DNA from: Betaproteobacteria bacterium
Lineage (GTDB): Bacteria > Pseudomonadota > Gammaproteobacteria > Burkholderiales > SG8-41
Length of the DNA: 49,154 nucleotides
Assembly: GCA_052386775.1 (NCBI GenBank)
Contig: JBQTJV010000002.1
Span: forward strand, 1 to 49,154
Direction of reading: 5' to 3'
Both the position numbers and the translations under genes were made by a program. The notes beneath the pieces were generated by a model. The model made no database searches, was not told the DNA's origin, and worked only from the letters and a program-made list of their open reading frames with translations. Below, piece by piece: positions 29,440 through 38,677 of this stretch (position 1 is the stretch's first letter; each line of letters begins with the position of its first letter).

Positions 29440-29817
29440 TTATTCGCCGATGGCGCGGAGCGTCATCGGATCTTCTGCGATCGGGCGCACTTCGACGCAG
29501 CCGTAACGGGCGCCGGGAACGCGTGAGGCGATCTGGACGGCTTCGTTGAGGTCCTTCGCTTCGAGTATGTAATAGCCGCCGAGATGCTCCTTGGTCTCGG
29601 CGAACGGCCCGTCGGTGGTCGAGGTCTTTCCGTTGCGCACCCTCACAGTGATCGCCTCGGAGGGCGGCATTAACCGGTTGGCGGCCACGAAATGACCGCC
29701 GGCCCGGATGTCACGGGTGAAGGCGACGTACTCCTCGAAGTGTTCCGCCGCATCGGCGGCCGTGCGGTATTCCATCATGTATTGCGGCTCGGCGCAGATC
29801 AGGCACAGGTATTTCAT
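29440..29817 (-). CDS. YciI-family DGPF protein (second copy)
   Basis: MKYLCLI...TTDGPFAETKEHLGGYYILEA...VEVRPI; RBS GAGGAG. Confidence 0.93.
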   Translation of the reverse strand: MKYLCLICAEPQYMMEYRTAADAAEHFEEYVAFTRDIRAGGHFVAANRLMPPSEAITVRVRNGKTSTTDGPFAETKEHLGGYYILEAKDLNEAVQIASRVPGARYGCVEVRPIAEDPMTLRAIGE

Positions 29818-29844
29818 GGCATCTCCTCTGTTCGGGCAGTTCTG

Positions 29845-29876
29845 CCCTGGTCGTTTGGCGCGGAGCCAATTCGACA
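29845..29876 (-). promoter_or_regulatory. Putative ECF42-type promoter TGTCGA-N17-CGAC(CAGGG)
   Basis: Minus strand tgtcga-attggctccgcgccaaa-cgaccaggg, matching the element at 5602-5633. Confidence 0.7.
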
Positions 29877-30063
29877 GCGAAGCGGGCCTCACGTAAAGCG
29901 GCCGCCGGCGCCGCGGCGCAACCGCATATTTGGTGCCCGGTTGCCCGCTCTGTAGCTATGCCGCTACCCCTGTAAAACGCCCTTGGCTGGGTTTCTTGAC
30001 GCCGCGCCGGTCGAGGAGGCACAATGCGCGCCCCTGTACGAAAAACGCGACTGGAGGAGCACC

Positions 30064-30222
30064 GTGATCGACACGCGACCCATGCGTCTGACCAATAGCG
30101 TTGCACGGCGCGCCTGGCTGCGGGTGGCATCCACGCAAGCCAAGACGCCCATAGCGCCCCAATACCTGGAACGGATCGAGAAGGCCCGCGCCCGGCGCAT
30201 CGAGCTGCCGAAGAAATCATAG
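30064..30222 (+). CDS. Small basic hypothetical protein (52 aa)
   Basis: GGAGGAG RBS just upstream of GTG 30064; ends just before a bidirectional terminator. Confidence 0.45.
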   Translation: MIDTRPMRLTNSVARRAWLRVASTQAKTPIAPQYLERIEKARARRIELPKKS

Positions 30223-30240
30223 CGCGGCCCCGCGCCAGCT

Positions 30241-30271
30241 AAAAAAAAGCCCGGCTTACGCCGGGCTTTTT
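30241..30271. terminator. Bidirectional Rho-independent terminator
   Basis: A8-GCCCGGC-TTAC-GCCGGGC-T5 between convergent genes. Confidence 0.9.
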
Positions 30272-30320
30272 CATTGCAGAAAAACGGACGGCCGTCAGCC
30301 GCCCGCCGTGCGCATCGCCA

Positions 30321-30764
30321 TTACTGCGTCGTCGTGGTGGAGCTGGACGTTCCGGACGTCCTCGAGCTGCTCGACGAGGTGCCCTGGCGTTCCTTGTCCT
30401 TGTCGGACGAGCCGCTCGTGGCGCTGCTGCCCGTCGCGCCTGGCGTGGTTCCCGTATTGCCGCCATCGCCGGTCGCCGACGAACCTGAGCCGCTCAGCGT
30501 GCCGCTGCCTGACGCGGAACCCGATGCAGATCCGCTTGCGCTGCCGCTCGCCGAGCCGCCGTTACCCGTGGCCGAAGAGCTCGAGCTGGGAGCGCCCGTC
30601 GTGCCCGATGCAGAACCCGTGGCGCCGCTGGTCGAACCGCTGGTTGCACCGCTTTGCGACCGGTCCTTGCTGGTGCCGCTGGAAGAGCCGTTGCCAGAAC
30701 AGCCCGCAAAGGCCGCCAGCGCAGCAGCCATCACCACGGCGACCAAAGATTTCCTGATAAGCAT
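30321..30764 (-). CDS. Ser/Gly/Thr-rich low-complexity lipoprotein (147 aa)
   Basis: MLIRKSLVAVVMAAALAAFAGC lipobox, RBS AAAGGAG, (SGSA)n repeats; followed by the terminator. Confidence 0.8.
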   Translation of the reverse strand: MLIRKSLVAVVMAAALAAFAGCSGNGSSSGTSKDRSQSGATSGSTSGATGSASGTTGAPSSSSSATGNGGSASGSASGSASGSASGSGTLSGSGSSATGDGGNTGTTPGATGSSATSGSSDKDKERQGTSSSSSRTSGTSSSTTTTQ

Positions 30765-30952
30765 GGATGAACTCCTTTCGTGAAATGCGACAGGAGTTAC
30801 GACCCTGCGACACCGTGCCGGTTCGATGAAATATACTAGTTCGAAACGCCTCGCGGCCCGACTGCCGCCGCCCTTTCTCGGGTGAGATAAACAACATACG
30901 GCGGCGCGCCATGCGGCACGCCGATGCAATTCTGCGCGGCTCCAGTGGGTTT

Positions 30953-32173
30953 CTATAGCGCCGGCCGCGAAGTGTCCGCTGGCGGCGACACTTCGAACGC
31001 GTTCGCCAGGCAGCCCATCATGACGCAGTAGCCCAGGAATACCGAGATCTGCACCAGTTCGGCGATACCGAATTCGGTGGCCGCCGTCTGATAGGTGGGC
31101 TCGGGCACGTGGTGATTGCCACGGAGAAGCGGTATGCAGAACTCGAGCAGCACGCGTTCCTTGCCGCTGGCGATCTGAATTGCCTCATCCCGGTCGATGG
31201 CCGCGATCAACCGCGGGTCGACATGAGCTGCGTGCGCGGCCGCTGACCAGACCGTCCGCAGGTATCCGGAATCGAGTTCGCGAGCCACTATCGAACCGAC
31301 AATGGCACGCGTTGCGTCGGTGAGCGCGCCTTCGTAAAGCAGAAAGGCGCCGATATGGGCGGCACGTTCGGCGGCGTCCGGGGTATGGAGCAGGACCTGA
31401 AACACCGGCGAGATCCAGCCGCGCGTGCGCACGATCCGATCGAGAAAATGCTGATGCTCGGGTGGCACCTCCTGGTGGCCCGAAAGCAGCGGCACGCGCG
31501 GTGTCGCTGCTTCTGCCCACTCGGGCAGTATTCTCGCGCCGCCGTGACCGGGCGCACCCACCTCGAGCGGGGCAAACGGCTTGCGCAAGCCTTTCTGCTC
31601 GGCCGTCATCTCCATCTCGAACGCGTTGAGCGGCAGCGCAATCATCGCGAAATAGCCGAGCGTCATCACCAGTTCCACGACACCCTGCATGCCGTAGCGC
31701 TCGAGCGCCGCGCGGAACACACCGTCGCTCAGGCGATGATTGCCCGACGTGAGTTGAGCGCACAGCTCCGCAATCAGCGCTTCTTCCGCCGTGAGGCGCG
31801 GCGGCGTACGCCCCTCGCGGATTGCATCCACGGTCTGCTGCGGCACGCCGGCTTCGAGCGCCCAGTTGACCCACGCCGCCCACTCGTAGGGCGCATCGAG
31901 CGCGCGCGAGCCGATCAGCGCGACGAATGCGCGAACCCGCAGCGGCAGGATGGATTCGTCCGCCTGCCCCCGCGCGTGAAAGTAATGCCCGAGATGCGCG
32001 ATGCGCGCCGCGAGATCGGGGCTGCTGTTCATGGTGACGATGAAGGGCCCGCTTACCGGCCGGCGCCGTATCGCGCTTACCGCATCGTAGAAGCGGCGCT
32101 CGTCTGCGGGCAGCGCCTCGCGGGGAATTGCAGCCAGTCTGCTCACGTCGTCGGCTTTCAATAGAAGGGGCAC
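30953..32173 (-). CDS. Tandem two-domain carboxymuconolactone decarboxylase (CMD/AhpD-like) protein
   Basis: Two repeats of GPF/SPVF..SPD/TPD..HLG/HIG, APYEW, and G..GVVEL...GY / GIAELV...GY. Confidence 0.8.
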   Translation of the reverse strand: MPLLLKADDVSRLAAIPREALPADERRFYDAVSAIRRRPVSGPFIVTMNSSPDLAARIAHLGHYFHARGQADESILPLRVRAFVALIGSRALDAPYEWAAWVNWALEAGVPQQTVDAIREGRTPPRLTAEEALIAELCAQLTSGNHRLSDGVFRAALERYGMQGVVELVMTLGYFAMIALPLNAFEMEMTAEQKGLRKPFAPLEVGAPGHGGARILPEWAEAATPRVPLLSGHQEVPPEHQHFLDRIVRTRGWISPVFQVLLHTPDAAERAAHIGAFLLYEGALTDATRAIVGSIVARELDSGYLRTVWSAAAHAAHVDPRLIAAIDRDEAIQIASGKERVLLEFCIPLLRGNHHVPEPTYQTAATEFGIAELVQISVFLGYCVMMGCLANAFEVSPPADTSRPAL

Positions 32174-32249
32174 CGATTATAGCTGCGGAGCCGTGATAGG
32201 ATTCCCGCTCTTCTACCCGAACCCACACTCACGACAGAGGAATATCGCC

Positions 32250-33029
32250 ATGGAGCTTGGCATCAGAGGAAAGAACGCGCTGGTATGCGCGGCGAGCAAG
32301 GGTCTCGGCAAGGGCTGTGCGATGTCGCTTGCGCGCGAAGGGGTGAACGTCACGATCGTGGCTCGCGGGCGTGAGGCCCTGGAGGCCGCCGCGACGGAAA
32401 TGCGGTCGGCAACGAACGCTCACGTTACCGCGGTGGCGGCCGACATCACGACGGCCGAGGGCCGCGCCGCCGCGCTCGCTGCCTGCCCGCAGCCCGACAT
32501 CCTGGTCAACAATGCGGGCGGGCCGCCGCCCGGCGACTTCCGCAACTGGACGCGCGAGGACTGGATCAAGGCGATCGACGCCAACATGCTGGCGCCGATC
32601 GAACTCATCAAGGCGACGGTGGACGGCATGATCGCGCGCAAGTTCGGCCGCATCGTCAACATCACGTCCAATTCCGTGAAAGCGCCGATCGACGAGCTGG
32701 GACTTTCGAATGGCGCGCGCTCGGGACTGACCGGTTTCGTCGCCGGCCTCGCACGCAAGACGGTCCGGCACAACGTCACCATCAACAACATCCTTCCGGG
32801 GCAGTTTGCGACCGACCGGCTGCGGACCAACCTGTCCGCGCGCGCGAAGGCGCTCGGCCAGCCCTTCGAGCAGTTCTGGGAAGCCCGCAGCAACGCGATC
32901 CCGGCGGGCCGCTTCGGAAATGCGGACGAGTTTGGCGATCTTTGCGCGTACGTCTGCAGCGCGCAGGCCGCCTACATCACCGGCCAGAACTTTCTGATCG
33001 ACGGCGGCACTTATCCCGGTACGTATTGA
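32250..33029 (+). CDS. Short-chain dehydrogenase/reductase (BKR-like atypical subgroup)
   Basis: ASKGLG, DILVNNAGGPPPG, LSNGAR and YITGQNFLIDGG; start MELGIRGK. Confidence 0.92.
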   Translation: MELGIRGKNALVCAASKGLGKGCAMSLAREGVNVTIVARGREALEAAATEMRSATNAHVTAVAADITTAEGRAAALAACPQPDILVNNAGGPPPGDFRNWTREDWIKAIDANMLAPIELIKATVDGMIARKFGRIVNITSNSVKAPIDELGLSNGARSGLTGFVAGLARKTVRHNVTINNILPGQFATDRLRTNLSARAKALGQPFEQFWEARSNAIPAGRFGNADEFGDLCAYVCSAQAAYITGQNFLIDGGTYPGTY

Positions 33030-33099
33030 TGCGCGGGGGCCGGCCTACTCGGGAGCGGCCAATTTTCTATCCTGACTTTCATCGAGGAAGGGAGGTGCA

Positions 33100-34092
33100 A
33101 TGAGCGAACGCCGCATTGCCTGTGTCCTGGTCGCCGGCCTGCTCGCCGCACAGGTGCTGCTCCCGCGCGCGCATGCGCAATCGTCGCCCGCGAGTGCCTA
33201 TCCGAACAAACCGGTCCGGTTCGTCATACCGTTTCCGCCGCAAGGCTTTTCGGAGGTGATCGGCCGTGTGATCGCGGAAAAGCTTTCCGTAGCGGTACAG
33301 CAGCCGGTCGTCAACGACGTGCGCCCGGGCGCCAGCGGCAATATTGGCGCGGCCATCGTCGCAAAGGCGGCGCCTGATGGCTACACGCTGCTCGTGAACA
33401 GCTTCAACTTCGTCGCGAATCCTGGCGCCATGGTACTGCCGTTCGACCCGATCAAGGACTTTTCGCCAGTCAGTCTGGTGGCGGACGGCATGCCGATCAT
33501 CTTCGTCGTCAACCGGTCCGCGCCCTATAAGACGCCGCACGATCTCTTGGCGGCGGCGCGTGCCAAGCCCGGCGCGCTCAACTTCGCGACTGCGGGACGC
33601 GGGACTTCGTCGCACCTCGCGATCGAAATGCTCAGAGCGTCCGCCGGAATCGAGGTGGTACAGGTTCCCTACAAGGGCACGCTTTTGTCCTTTGCCGCGC
33701 TCATGGGTGGCGACATCACCGCGAGCATTGCTTATCTGAGCAGTGCGCTGCCGTTTCTGAAGAGCGGACAACTTCGCGGGCTCGCGACGACAGGCACGCG
33801 GCGAAGCCCGTCGGTAAGCGACCTGCCCACGATGGTGGAACTGGGATTCAAGGACTTCACCATGACGGGATTCGTCGGTCTGCTTGCGCCGGCCAGGACG
33901 CCGCGGCCGATCATCGAGAAGCTCAACCGGGAACTCTCGGGGATTTCGCGCCAGAAGGACTTCGTCGACCGACTCACGGTGTATGACATGCAACCCGTCG
34001 CGATCACCCCCGAGGCGTTCGGCAGCTATCTCCGGAAGGAGATCGCCCGGTGGAGCAAAGTGCTGCACGACGCGGGATACAAGCCGGAATAG
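33100..34092 (+). CDS. Bug/TctC substrate-binding protein
   Basis: YPNKPVRFVIPFPP, RPGASG, PDGYTL, VPYKG and RWSKVLHDAG; RBS GGAGG. Confidence 0.93.
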   Translation: MSERRIACVLVAGLLAAQVLLPRAHAQSSPASAYPNKPVRFVIPFPPQGFSEVIGRVIAEKLSVAVQQPVVNDVRPGASGNIGAAIVAKAAPDGYTLLVNSFNFVANPGAMVLPFDPIKDFSPVSLVADGMPIIFVVNRSAPYKTPHDLLAAARAKPGALNFATAGRGTSSHLAIEMLRASAGIEVVQVPYKGTLLSFAALMGGDITASIAYLSSALPFLKSGQLRGLATTGTRRSPSVSDLPTMVELGFKDFTMTGFVGLLAPARTPRPIIEKLNRELSGISRQKDFVDRLTVYDMQPVAITPEAFGSYLRKEIARWSKVLHDAGYKPE

Positions 34093-34126
34093 GCTGCGCG
34101 AGGACGCGAATCCCCGCGAGGCCCGT

Positions 34127-34672
34127 TCAACTCACCAGTCCGAGTTCGCGGCGTTTGCGTGTGCGCCAGTCGCTGAAGGGTTCCGTCGTGGGATCGTTCG
34201 CGATGCGTTTTCGGGTCGATTCCGCGATTTCATCGTCCGACAGCGAAAAGTCGATCGCCACGCGGTGCGGCTGCGCGACGTACCACGGCGTGTCGCAGAA
34301 GAACTCAAGCCGGTTGCCTTCGGGATCGAGAAAATACACCGACCACGCATTGCCGTGATCCACGGGGTCGACGCCTTCCACCTTGTGGGCCATCGCGAGG
34401 TCGTACATCGCGCGCACTTCCTTGAGCGAGGCGACGCGGTAGGTGATCTGGTTGACGGTGGACCTGGTGCCTTTTTCGCGCCCGGTCACGAGCACGATCT
34501 GATGATGATCCTTGGGATCCTTGCTGAGGAAGGTGAGGCGAACGCCGCTCCTCAGTTCCCCCGCGTCCATCACCTTGTAGCCCAACAGGCCGGTGTAGAA
34601 ATCGCGCATCTTGTCCATGTCGCTGACGAACAGGCCGACATGGCTCAGTTCCCACTTGGGCAATTCCGGCAT
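34127..34672 (-). CDS. VOC family protein (extradiol dioxygenase-like single domain)
   Basis: LSHVGLFV, FYTGLLG, DHHQIVL and DHGNAWSVYFLDPEGNRLE. Confidence 0.88.
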   Translation of the reverse strand: MPELPKWELSHVGLFVSDMDKMRDFYTGLLGYKVMDAGELRSGVRLTFLSKDPKDHHQIVLVTGREKGTRSTVNQITYRVASLKEVRAMYDLAMAHKVEGVDPVDHGNAWSVYFLDPEGNRLEFFCDTPWYVAQPHRVAIDFSLSDDEIAESTRKRIANDPTTEPFSDWRTRKRRELGLVS

Positions 34673-34777
34673 GGTCTCCTCCGTGCAGTGTGTGCAGGTT
34701 GCTCACCAGTATACAACGGGTAAAGTCAAGGCCCGCGAGGTGCACTAGAATCCAGGGAAGACCGGGGGACGGATGCC

Positions 34778-35797
34778 ATGACGATCGGATCGCACAAGCT
34801 GGAATACGAAGTGATCGAGGGCTGGGAGCACATGCCCGAAGGGTGGAGCTTCGTGGAGGTCGCGGGGGTGGCATGCGACTCGCAGGACCGCGTCTACGTT
34901 TTCAATCGCGGGGCGCACCCGATGATCGTCTTTGACAAGGAGGGACGCTTCCTCAATGCGTGGGGCGAGGGCGAGTTCGTCAATCCGCACGGCATTTTCA
35001 TCGATCACAACGACCATCTCTGGCTCGCTGACGACAAGGATCACACCGTCCACAAGTACACGACGGACGGCAAGCGGCTGATGACGATCGGCGAATCGGG
35101 CAAGCCGTCCGACACCGGTTACAAAATCGGCGCGAGCCCGGTGCTGCGCGCTGCGGGACCGTTTCACCGCGTCACCAACGTCGCGGTTCTGCCCGACGGC
35201 GACATGTACAGTGCCGACGGGTCCGGCAATGCCCGCGTGCACAAGTTTTCGAAAGACGGGAAGCTGCTCTTCTCGTGGGGCGAGCCGGGCCGCGGGCCGG
35301 GTCAGTTCATCCTGCCGCACGGCATCGGCGTCGACAGCGCGGGACTGGTTTACGTGTGTGATCGCGAGAACTCGCGCGTGCAGATCTTCACGTCTGAAGG
35401 CGAATACCTGCGCGAGTGGACGTTCCTCAACCGGCCCTACGACATCTTCATCGACGACCAGGACATGATGCACATCGCCGAGGGCGGTTTCCACAACTAC
35501 ATGATGAAGCGCTCGGAAGGGCCTATGCCCGCGCACGACCAGACGATGATCTATCCGCCGTGCGGCCATTCGCCGATCGCGCGCGTCACCGTGTGCGACC
35601 CGGACGGGAAAATCGCGGCGCAGGTCGGCGGCGAGAACCCGGTGCTGCCGGGTAACTTCGTCGCGCCGCACGGCATCTGGGCGGACAAGCGCGGCGATCT
35701 CTACGTCGGCGAAGTCGTGGTCAATGCGGGCGCAGTAAAACGCATGGCTCCGCTCAAGCCGGCCGCCTTCCAGAAGTTCCGGAAGCGGGCGGGCTGA
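34778..35797 (+). CDS. NHL-repeat protein, peptidyl-alpha-hydroxyglycine alpha-amidating lyase (PAL)-like
   Basis: VACDSQDRVYVFNRG, PHGIFID, WGEPGRGPGQFILPHGI and DRENSRVQIF. Confidence 0.88.
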   Translation: MTIGSHKLEYEVIEGWEHMPEGWSFVEVAGVACDSQDRVYVFNRGAHPMIVFDKEGRFLNAWGEGEFVNPHGIFIDHNDHLWLADDKDHTVHKYTTDGKRLMTIGESGKPSDTGYKIGASPVLRAAGPFHRVTNVAVLPDGDMYSADGSGNARVHKFSKDGKLLFSWGEPGRGPGQFILPHGIGVDSAGLVYVCDRENSRVQIFTSEGEYLREWTFLNRPYDIFIDDQDMMHIAEGGFHNYMMKRSEGPMPAHDQTMIYPPCGHSPIARVTVCDPDGKIAAQVGGENPVLPGNFVAPHGIWADKRGDLYVGEVVVNAGAVKRMAPLKPAAFQKFRKRAG

Positions 35798-35804
35798 TCG
35801 GGGC

Positions 35805-36335
35805 GTGGCCATGAACCGCGCCCTGGCGTTCACCATGGCGGCATTTCCGTTTGCGCTCGCGGCGGCACTCTACTCGACGGGCCTGCTCGAACGCATCAAC
35901 ACCGCCATCGACAGCAAGCTCGATCGCAAACGTTACAAGCTCGAGACCCCGCGACCTGGACGGACCCGTCCGCTGGCGGAATACGCCGGCTGGTGGCAGC
36001 GGGATGCGATCCCTCACTACGGCACGGAGTGGGTCGCGCGCATCATCGTTCGCACCGAGGGCAAACGAGCCTGGCTGCGGATGTGGCACGAGTGCCGTCC
36101 CAACTATTGCGAGCAGGGCGAGTTCGAGGCGGACGTCTACGGCAGGCCGCCGGGTGAGGTGTACGCCATCGAAGTCGTACGCAAGAAGGGCCCGCAAGTG
36201 CTGTGGGTCGTCACGTTGAGGCCCAACGCGCACCATCCCAATCTGCTGATCACCGAGAGCCGCCGCGCCCGGGATCCGCAGAGAAATCCTCATGACAACC
36301 AGTCTGCCGTAACGGCGCTGACGCGCGTCAGGTAA
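35805..36335 (+). CDS. Hypothetical membrane-anchored/exported protein
   Basis: N-terminal hydrophobic segment, GC3-biased codons, starts 7 nt after the NHL gene; C-x4-C pair (ECRPNYCEQG). Confidence 0.65.
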   Translation: MAMNRALAFTMAAFPFALAAALYSTGLLERINTAIDSKLDRKRYKLETPRPGRTRPLAEYAGWWQRDAIPHYGTEWVARIIVRTEGKRAWLRMWHECRPNYCEQGEFEADVYGRPPGEVYAIEVVRKKGPQVLWVVTLRPNAHHPNLLITESRRARDPQRNPHDNQSAVTALTRVR

Positions 36336-36380
36336 GCGGACGGTTGCACCCGGCGTGTGATTGCGGGGGAATAACGCGGG

Positions 36381-37364
36381 TTACTCGGTGCGGATGCTCG
36401 CGATCTTCGCGACGTTGCGCCATTTCACGATTTCGGCCTGCACCATTTTCTGCATTTCGGCCGGCGTGCGGATCTGGGTCTCCACGCCTTCCGCCTGAAA
36501 GCGCTTGAGCGTCTCGGGCGACTTGAGAAATACCGTCAACTCCGCACCAAGCTTCGCGATCACGCCAGGCGGCGTCCCCGCCGGCGCCGCGATCGCCCAC
36601 CAGTTGTTCGCTTCGTAGCCCGGCACGCCGGACTCGGCGATCGTCGGAAGATCCGGCGCCGCGGTGGCGCGCTTCACTCCGCTGGTGGCGAGCGCCTTCA
36701 ATCTTCCCGACCTCATGTACGGCAGCGTCTGCACGAGCGAGCCCAGATTGACGTGTGCCTGCCCGCTCATGACGTCGGTCAGCGCCGGAATGCCACCTTT
36801 GTAGAGCACCACCAGCATCTTCATGCCCGACTGGTGGTTGAACAGCTCGCTCGCAAAGTGCCCGAACCCGCCGGACGTCGCCATCGTCACCTTGCCGGGA
36901 TTGGCGCGCCCGTAGGCGATCAGCTCCTTGGCCGACGCCATCTTGAGCGTAGGCCCGACGCTCAGCACGCTCGGGCCGTAGCCGACCATCCCGATCCAGG
37001 AAAACGACTTGAACGGGTCGTAGGGCACCTTGCGGGTTGCGGCATTGATCGCGTAGGCGGCGGACGCAATGAGCAACGTGTGACCATCGGGCTGAGCGCG
37101 TGCGGCGAGCTCGGTGCCGATCATGGCGTCGGCGCCGGGCCGGTTGTCCACCACGACCTGCTTGTCGAGACGGGCGCTGAGGTGCTGCGCGAAGAAGCGC
37201 GCCATGATGTCGTTGCTGCCACCGGGCGGGAAGGGGACGATGAGGCGCACCGGCCGGGACGGATATGCCGCTGCCGGATCGTTCGCCGGTTTCGGCGGGG
37301 CTGCATGGACAACGCCGGCCACCGTCAGCACAACACAAAGCAGTATCGTCGAGACCTTGTTCAC
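36381..37364 (-). CDS. Bug/TctC substrate-binding protein
   Basis: YPSRPVRLIVPFPPGGSND, DNRPGA, YKGG and PTIAESGVPGYE; GTG start after GGGAGG. Confidence 0.94.
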   Translation of the reverse strand: MNKVSTILLCVVLTVAGVVHAAPPKPANDPAAAYPSRPVRLIVPFPPGGSNDIMARFFAQHLSARLDKQVVVDNRPGADAMIGTELAARAQPDGHTLLIASAAYAINAATRKVPYDPFKSFSWIGMVGYGPSVLSVGPTLKMASAKELIAYGRANPGKVTMATSGGFGHFASELFNHQSGMKMLVVLYKGGIPALTDVMSGQAHVNLGSLVQTLPYMRSGRLKALATSGVKRATAAPDLPTIAESGVPGYEANNWWAIAAPAGTPPGVIAKLGAELTVFLKSPETLKRFQAEGVETQIRTPAEMQKMVQAEIVKWRNVAKIASIRTE

Positions 37365-37459
37365 TCGCGCCTCCCAAACCTCGGTTATCGTCAATCAGGG
37401 CTGCATGAAAGATGCGGCAGATCGTAGCTGCATATCGGTGCGCAGGTTGACTCGCCGCG

Positions 37460-38449
37460 TCAGGCGAAGGCGGTGTGGGCCACGGATTTCGCGCCGCGCT
37501 TCATCTCGCGCACGAGGAAGTCAACGACCCGCTCGAACGGATCGAAGCCGAAGTGCTGTGCGATGGAGGGACGCAGGTTGGAATTGGCATTGATATCGTA
37601 GACCACGAGCCGCCCGTCCAGCGCCTCCAGATATTCGATGCCGCCCACATCAAGCTTTCCGGCCGCCATGATGCGCTTGCCCCAGGCGACCGCCCGGGTC
37701 GGCACCGCGATATACGGATAAAACTCCACCGGCAGTGCGGCGCTTTCTTTGGATGGGATCTCGCACACGCCAGCATCGCCGTCTTCAGGATTGCACACGG
37801 GCGCCGGGCACAAGTTGAACCGGCCATGCGCAACCACGCGCATCGCGTAGAGCAGTTCGCCCCCCAGGAACTCCATGCGCACGATGCCCTGCGCCGGATC
37901 CGTCGGAAGGTATTCCTGGAGGAGAAGCAGGTTGTCCGGGAGCCAGTGATCTGGATGCTGCGTGAGCAGTGCCTCGAGATGGGCAAGACTCTCGACGAGC
38001 ACGATGCGCGCGCCGCTGCCGCCCTGCTCTGGCTTGAGCAGCACCGGAAAAGAGATCTCGTGCGCCCGCGCGCGGATCGCTGCGAGGTCATTGAACGTCC
38101 ATACCCGCGGCGCCGGAACGCCGAGCTGGCGCAGCAGTGCCGCCTGCGCGGTCTTGCTGATTTCCAGCGCGAACGCATCGGCCCCGTTCAATACCCGCAC
38201 GCCGCGAATCTGCAGTGCCCGCAGGTAGGCGAGCGCATAAGGCACGGCGCGGGTATTGCCGCGCACGTATGCTGACGGGCTCGCCTGATTGAAATAGAGC
38301 GGCGCGAGCGGTGCGTCGGTGTCGGAGAACGCCGCCTTCTTGAGATCGACGGCCACGTAACGAATGCCGCGCCGGTCGAGCGCCTGGAAGAGCGGCTTTT
38401 GCCACTCCGGGTGCTCGTACAGGACGGCGAGATCGGCGAGAGGGCTCAT
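37460..38449 (-). CDS. ATP-grasp domain protein (RimK/glutathione synthetase-like ligase)
   Basis: LEISK, FPVLLKPEQGGSG, LLLQEY, GGIEY and YDINANSN. Confidence 0.85.
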   Translation of the reverse strand: MSPLADLAVLYEHPEWQKPLFQALDRRGIRYVAVDLKKAAFSDTDAPLAPLYFNQASPSAYVRGNTRAVPYALAYLRALQIRGVRVLNGADAFALEISKTAQAALLRQLGVPAPRVWTFNDLAAIRARAHEISFPVLLKPEQGGSGARIVLVESLAHLEALLTQHPDHWLPDNLLLLQEYLPTDPAQGIVRMEFLGGELLYAMRVVAHGRFNLCPAPVCNPEDGDAGVCEIPSKESAALPVEFYPYIAVPTRAVAWGKRIMAAGKLDVGGIEYLEALDGRLVVYDINANSNLRPSIAQHFGFDPFERVVDFLVREMKRGAKSVAHTAFA

Positions 38450-38677
38450 GTTGCGTCACCATTTGGTGCGATAGAACGTCAATGATCGCGCCAAATGCAA
38501 CCCGACCCAACGATCGAATAGTAATTTGCTTATGCGGCATTGCTGGCACTCTCGGTGTATCGGCGCTGTCCGCGAGCCTGTAGCCGTCACAAGCGGTACG
38601 CTGCAGTTTCTCGCGATCGGACATTTCTTCGCAGACTTCCGCAAGCGCCTCGGGGATTTCAAGTGCAATGCGACGCA

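Noticed and set aside
30274-30783. 169-aa Pro/Glu/Val/Leu-rich plus-strand ORF
   Set aside because: Antisense mirror of the Ser/Gly/Thr lipoprotein, which has the RBS, lipobox and terminator.
32250-33029. SDR lacking the YxxxK catalytic motif
   Set aside because: The SNxxR variant with NAGGPPPG is a common, known atypical SDR subgroup, so it is not unusual.
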